Positions 62,729 to 64,000 of a stretch of 64,000 nucleotides of DNA are shown here, in pieces; positions within the stretch are counted from its first letter, which is position 1, and every line of letters starts with the position of its first letter. The position numbers and the translations under genes were made by a program. The notes beneath the pieces are model-generated. The model saw only the letters and a program-made list of their open reading frames with translations. It was not told the origin of the DNA and did not search any database. The DNA is from Yuukianura sp. NJ FZ-2021. Taxonomy: Eukaryota. The DNA is taken from assembly GCA_046563655.1 (NCBI GenBank), contig CM102285.1, positions 4,650,001-4,714,000 of the forward strand. The letters are read 5' to 3'.

Positions 62729-64000
62729 GCGGCAGCGATTTGCAGCGCAGTGGTGAACTACAGTTTTAGTGAAGGTCGTCACTAACCTCGAAGTTCAAGT
62801 ACCTCTTAATTGTTTTAAGATTAGTTAAAATTATTATTAATTTAATTACATATAGTTGTTAAAGTATCTAGATAATTTAGTATTTTAGAAATTTATATTT
62901 TCTTCCACTTTAGCCTTGAAAGTAGCGATAGAATTTGGTAATTAGCTTAAAATTTATTATCGATAAGGCTTTATTTTTATTTGAAAATTCCTTCAACCGC
63001 AACCAGAAGAGCGAATCTGTCGATTCAGTATTTAGACTATCCAGTGACGACATAACTTCGCGTTTATACTTACACACAAATACCCATAAGTAAATACTTT
63101 AATCGCTTCTTATGCTTTACATGGCAAGTTAAATATTATTGCCATCGTTGATGATTGTATTATTTGAGACAAGCTGAGTCAACGAAATTTGAAAATTTTG
63201 AACGTGGCGTCTCCCTCGTTCTCGTTGTTTAAACGCTTGCTGCTGCCGACGTTTTGTTTAATAAAAGGCAATAACTTTCTTTTACTATATCGTCTGAAAC
63301 TCGAAATGTAATCTTCGGAGAGACATGCAGTATTACAACAACAGTGGTTACGTTTGACGTTTGTTATGTTTCACATTTGGTTATGTCAGCAAGTTCGACA
63401 TGTTTACATTTACTAAAAGAAAATTACTACTCTTCAAAAGGCGCCTGTTTCAAAAATAATGAGCAAGAAAAAAACGATTTAAATAGTAAAGTCGAACTTT
63501 TTGCAAGGAGCGACAGTAATTTATTAGAATATAGACGCTGAAGTCAGCAGTAAACCAAAACAACAAATGTCATAATTGTAAACTAATTTCTACCAATAAC
63601 TAGTGAATGGCATATTGGAATTAAATAATTATCGACGGCTCGGATATAGTGTGGACGAGTACCGAAATTGGCAGATTTGTTCAAGAAGATAAATTGCAGT
63701 AATGAGGTTGGTCGAATTCATGGTTGATTCTCTAAGAACGCAAATTACACGTTAGATTCAAACGACGGAAGTCTAAATTAAGATAAGACTACATGAATGT
63801 TCTGTAGTTTTACCTTCAGGAATGGACAATGACAGTGGTTGGAGCTCCAGCGAAGTTTCTACGTTTCGTGTTGTCTGAAATGACGCAACAGGCGTGGATT
63901 ATGCCTGGCAAAATCAAGAGACAGGTCAGGATGATATTGATCAACAGATCTGATCCGCACCCGCTTGACATGAGAACAGCAAATGGTGGGAAGATGCAGG

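Noticed and set aside
62005..62782. Hydrophobic antisense ORFs over histone H1
   Set aside because: Shadow frames of the Lys/Ala-rich H1 codons.
63821..64000. Possible exon at the window end
   Set aside because: An acceptor-like site and one open frame exist, but there is no recognisable motif and the sequence is cut by the window edge.

Overview
Eukaryotic, AT-rich invertebrate (probably arthropod) genomic DNA with short GT-AG introns and a 100-N scaffold gap at 7094-7193. The first 13 kb is a compact host-gene block: FAM8A1-like (-), importin-9 (+, cut by the gap), a DPP4-family peptidase (+), a Gemin5-like TPR module (-) and ATG10 (-). From 13 to 56 kb the window is a transposon-rich island containing MITEs, a deleted P-element, a pol-less BEL/Pao-type LTR element, a cluster of DINE-1/HINE-like Helentron elements, nested hAT>Gypsy>pogo insertions and a Rep-less Helitron. 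It ends with a DAZAP1/Hrb27C-like RRM gene (-) and histone H1 (+). Two items stand out. (1) A very young, full-length Gypsy element (40460-50599, near-identical LTRs, GTTT TSD) carries a third ORF in the env position. This ORF encodes an Rrp6/EXOSC10-type DEDDy 3'-5' exoribonuclease with all catalytic residues present, plus HRDC, acidic and zinc-knuckle regions. Once a later pogo insertion is removed in silico, it reads through to the polypurine tract. (2) A nearly intronless NLR-like gene (31039-36039) has NACHT + pentapeptide repeat + degenerate beta-propeller + C-terminal permuted papain-like (H...NC) domains, an architecture typical of bacteria, fungi and protists, and is a horizontal-transfer candidate. 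All calls come from manual motif reading; no database searches were run.
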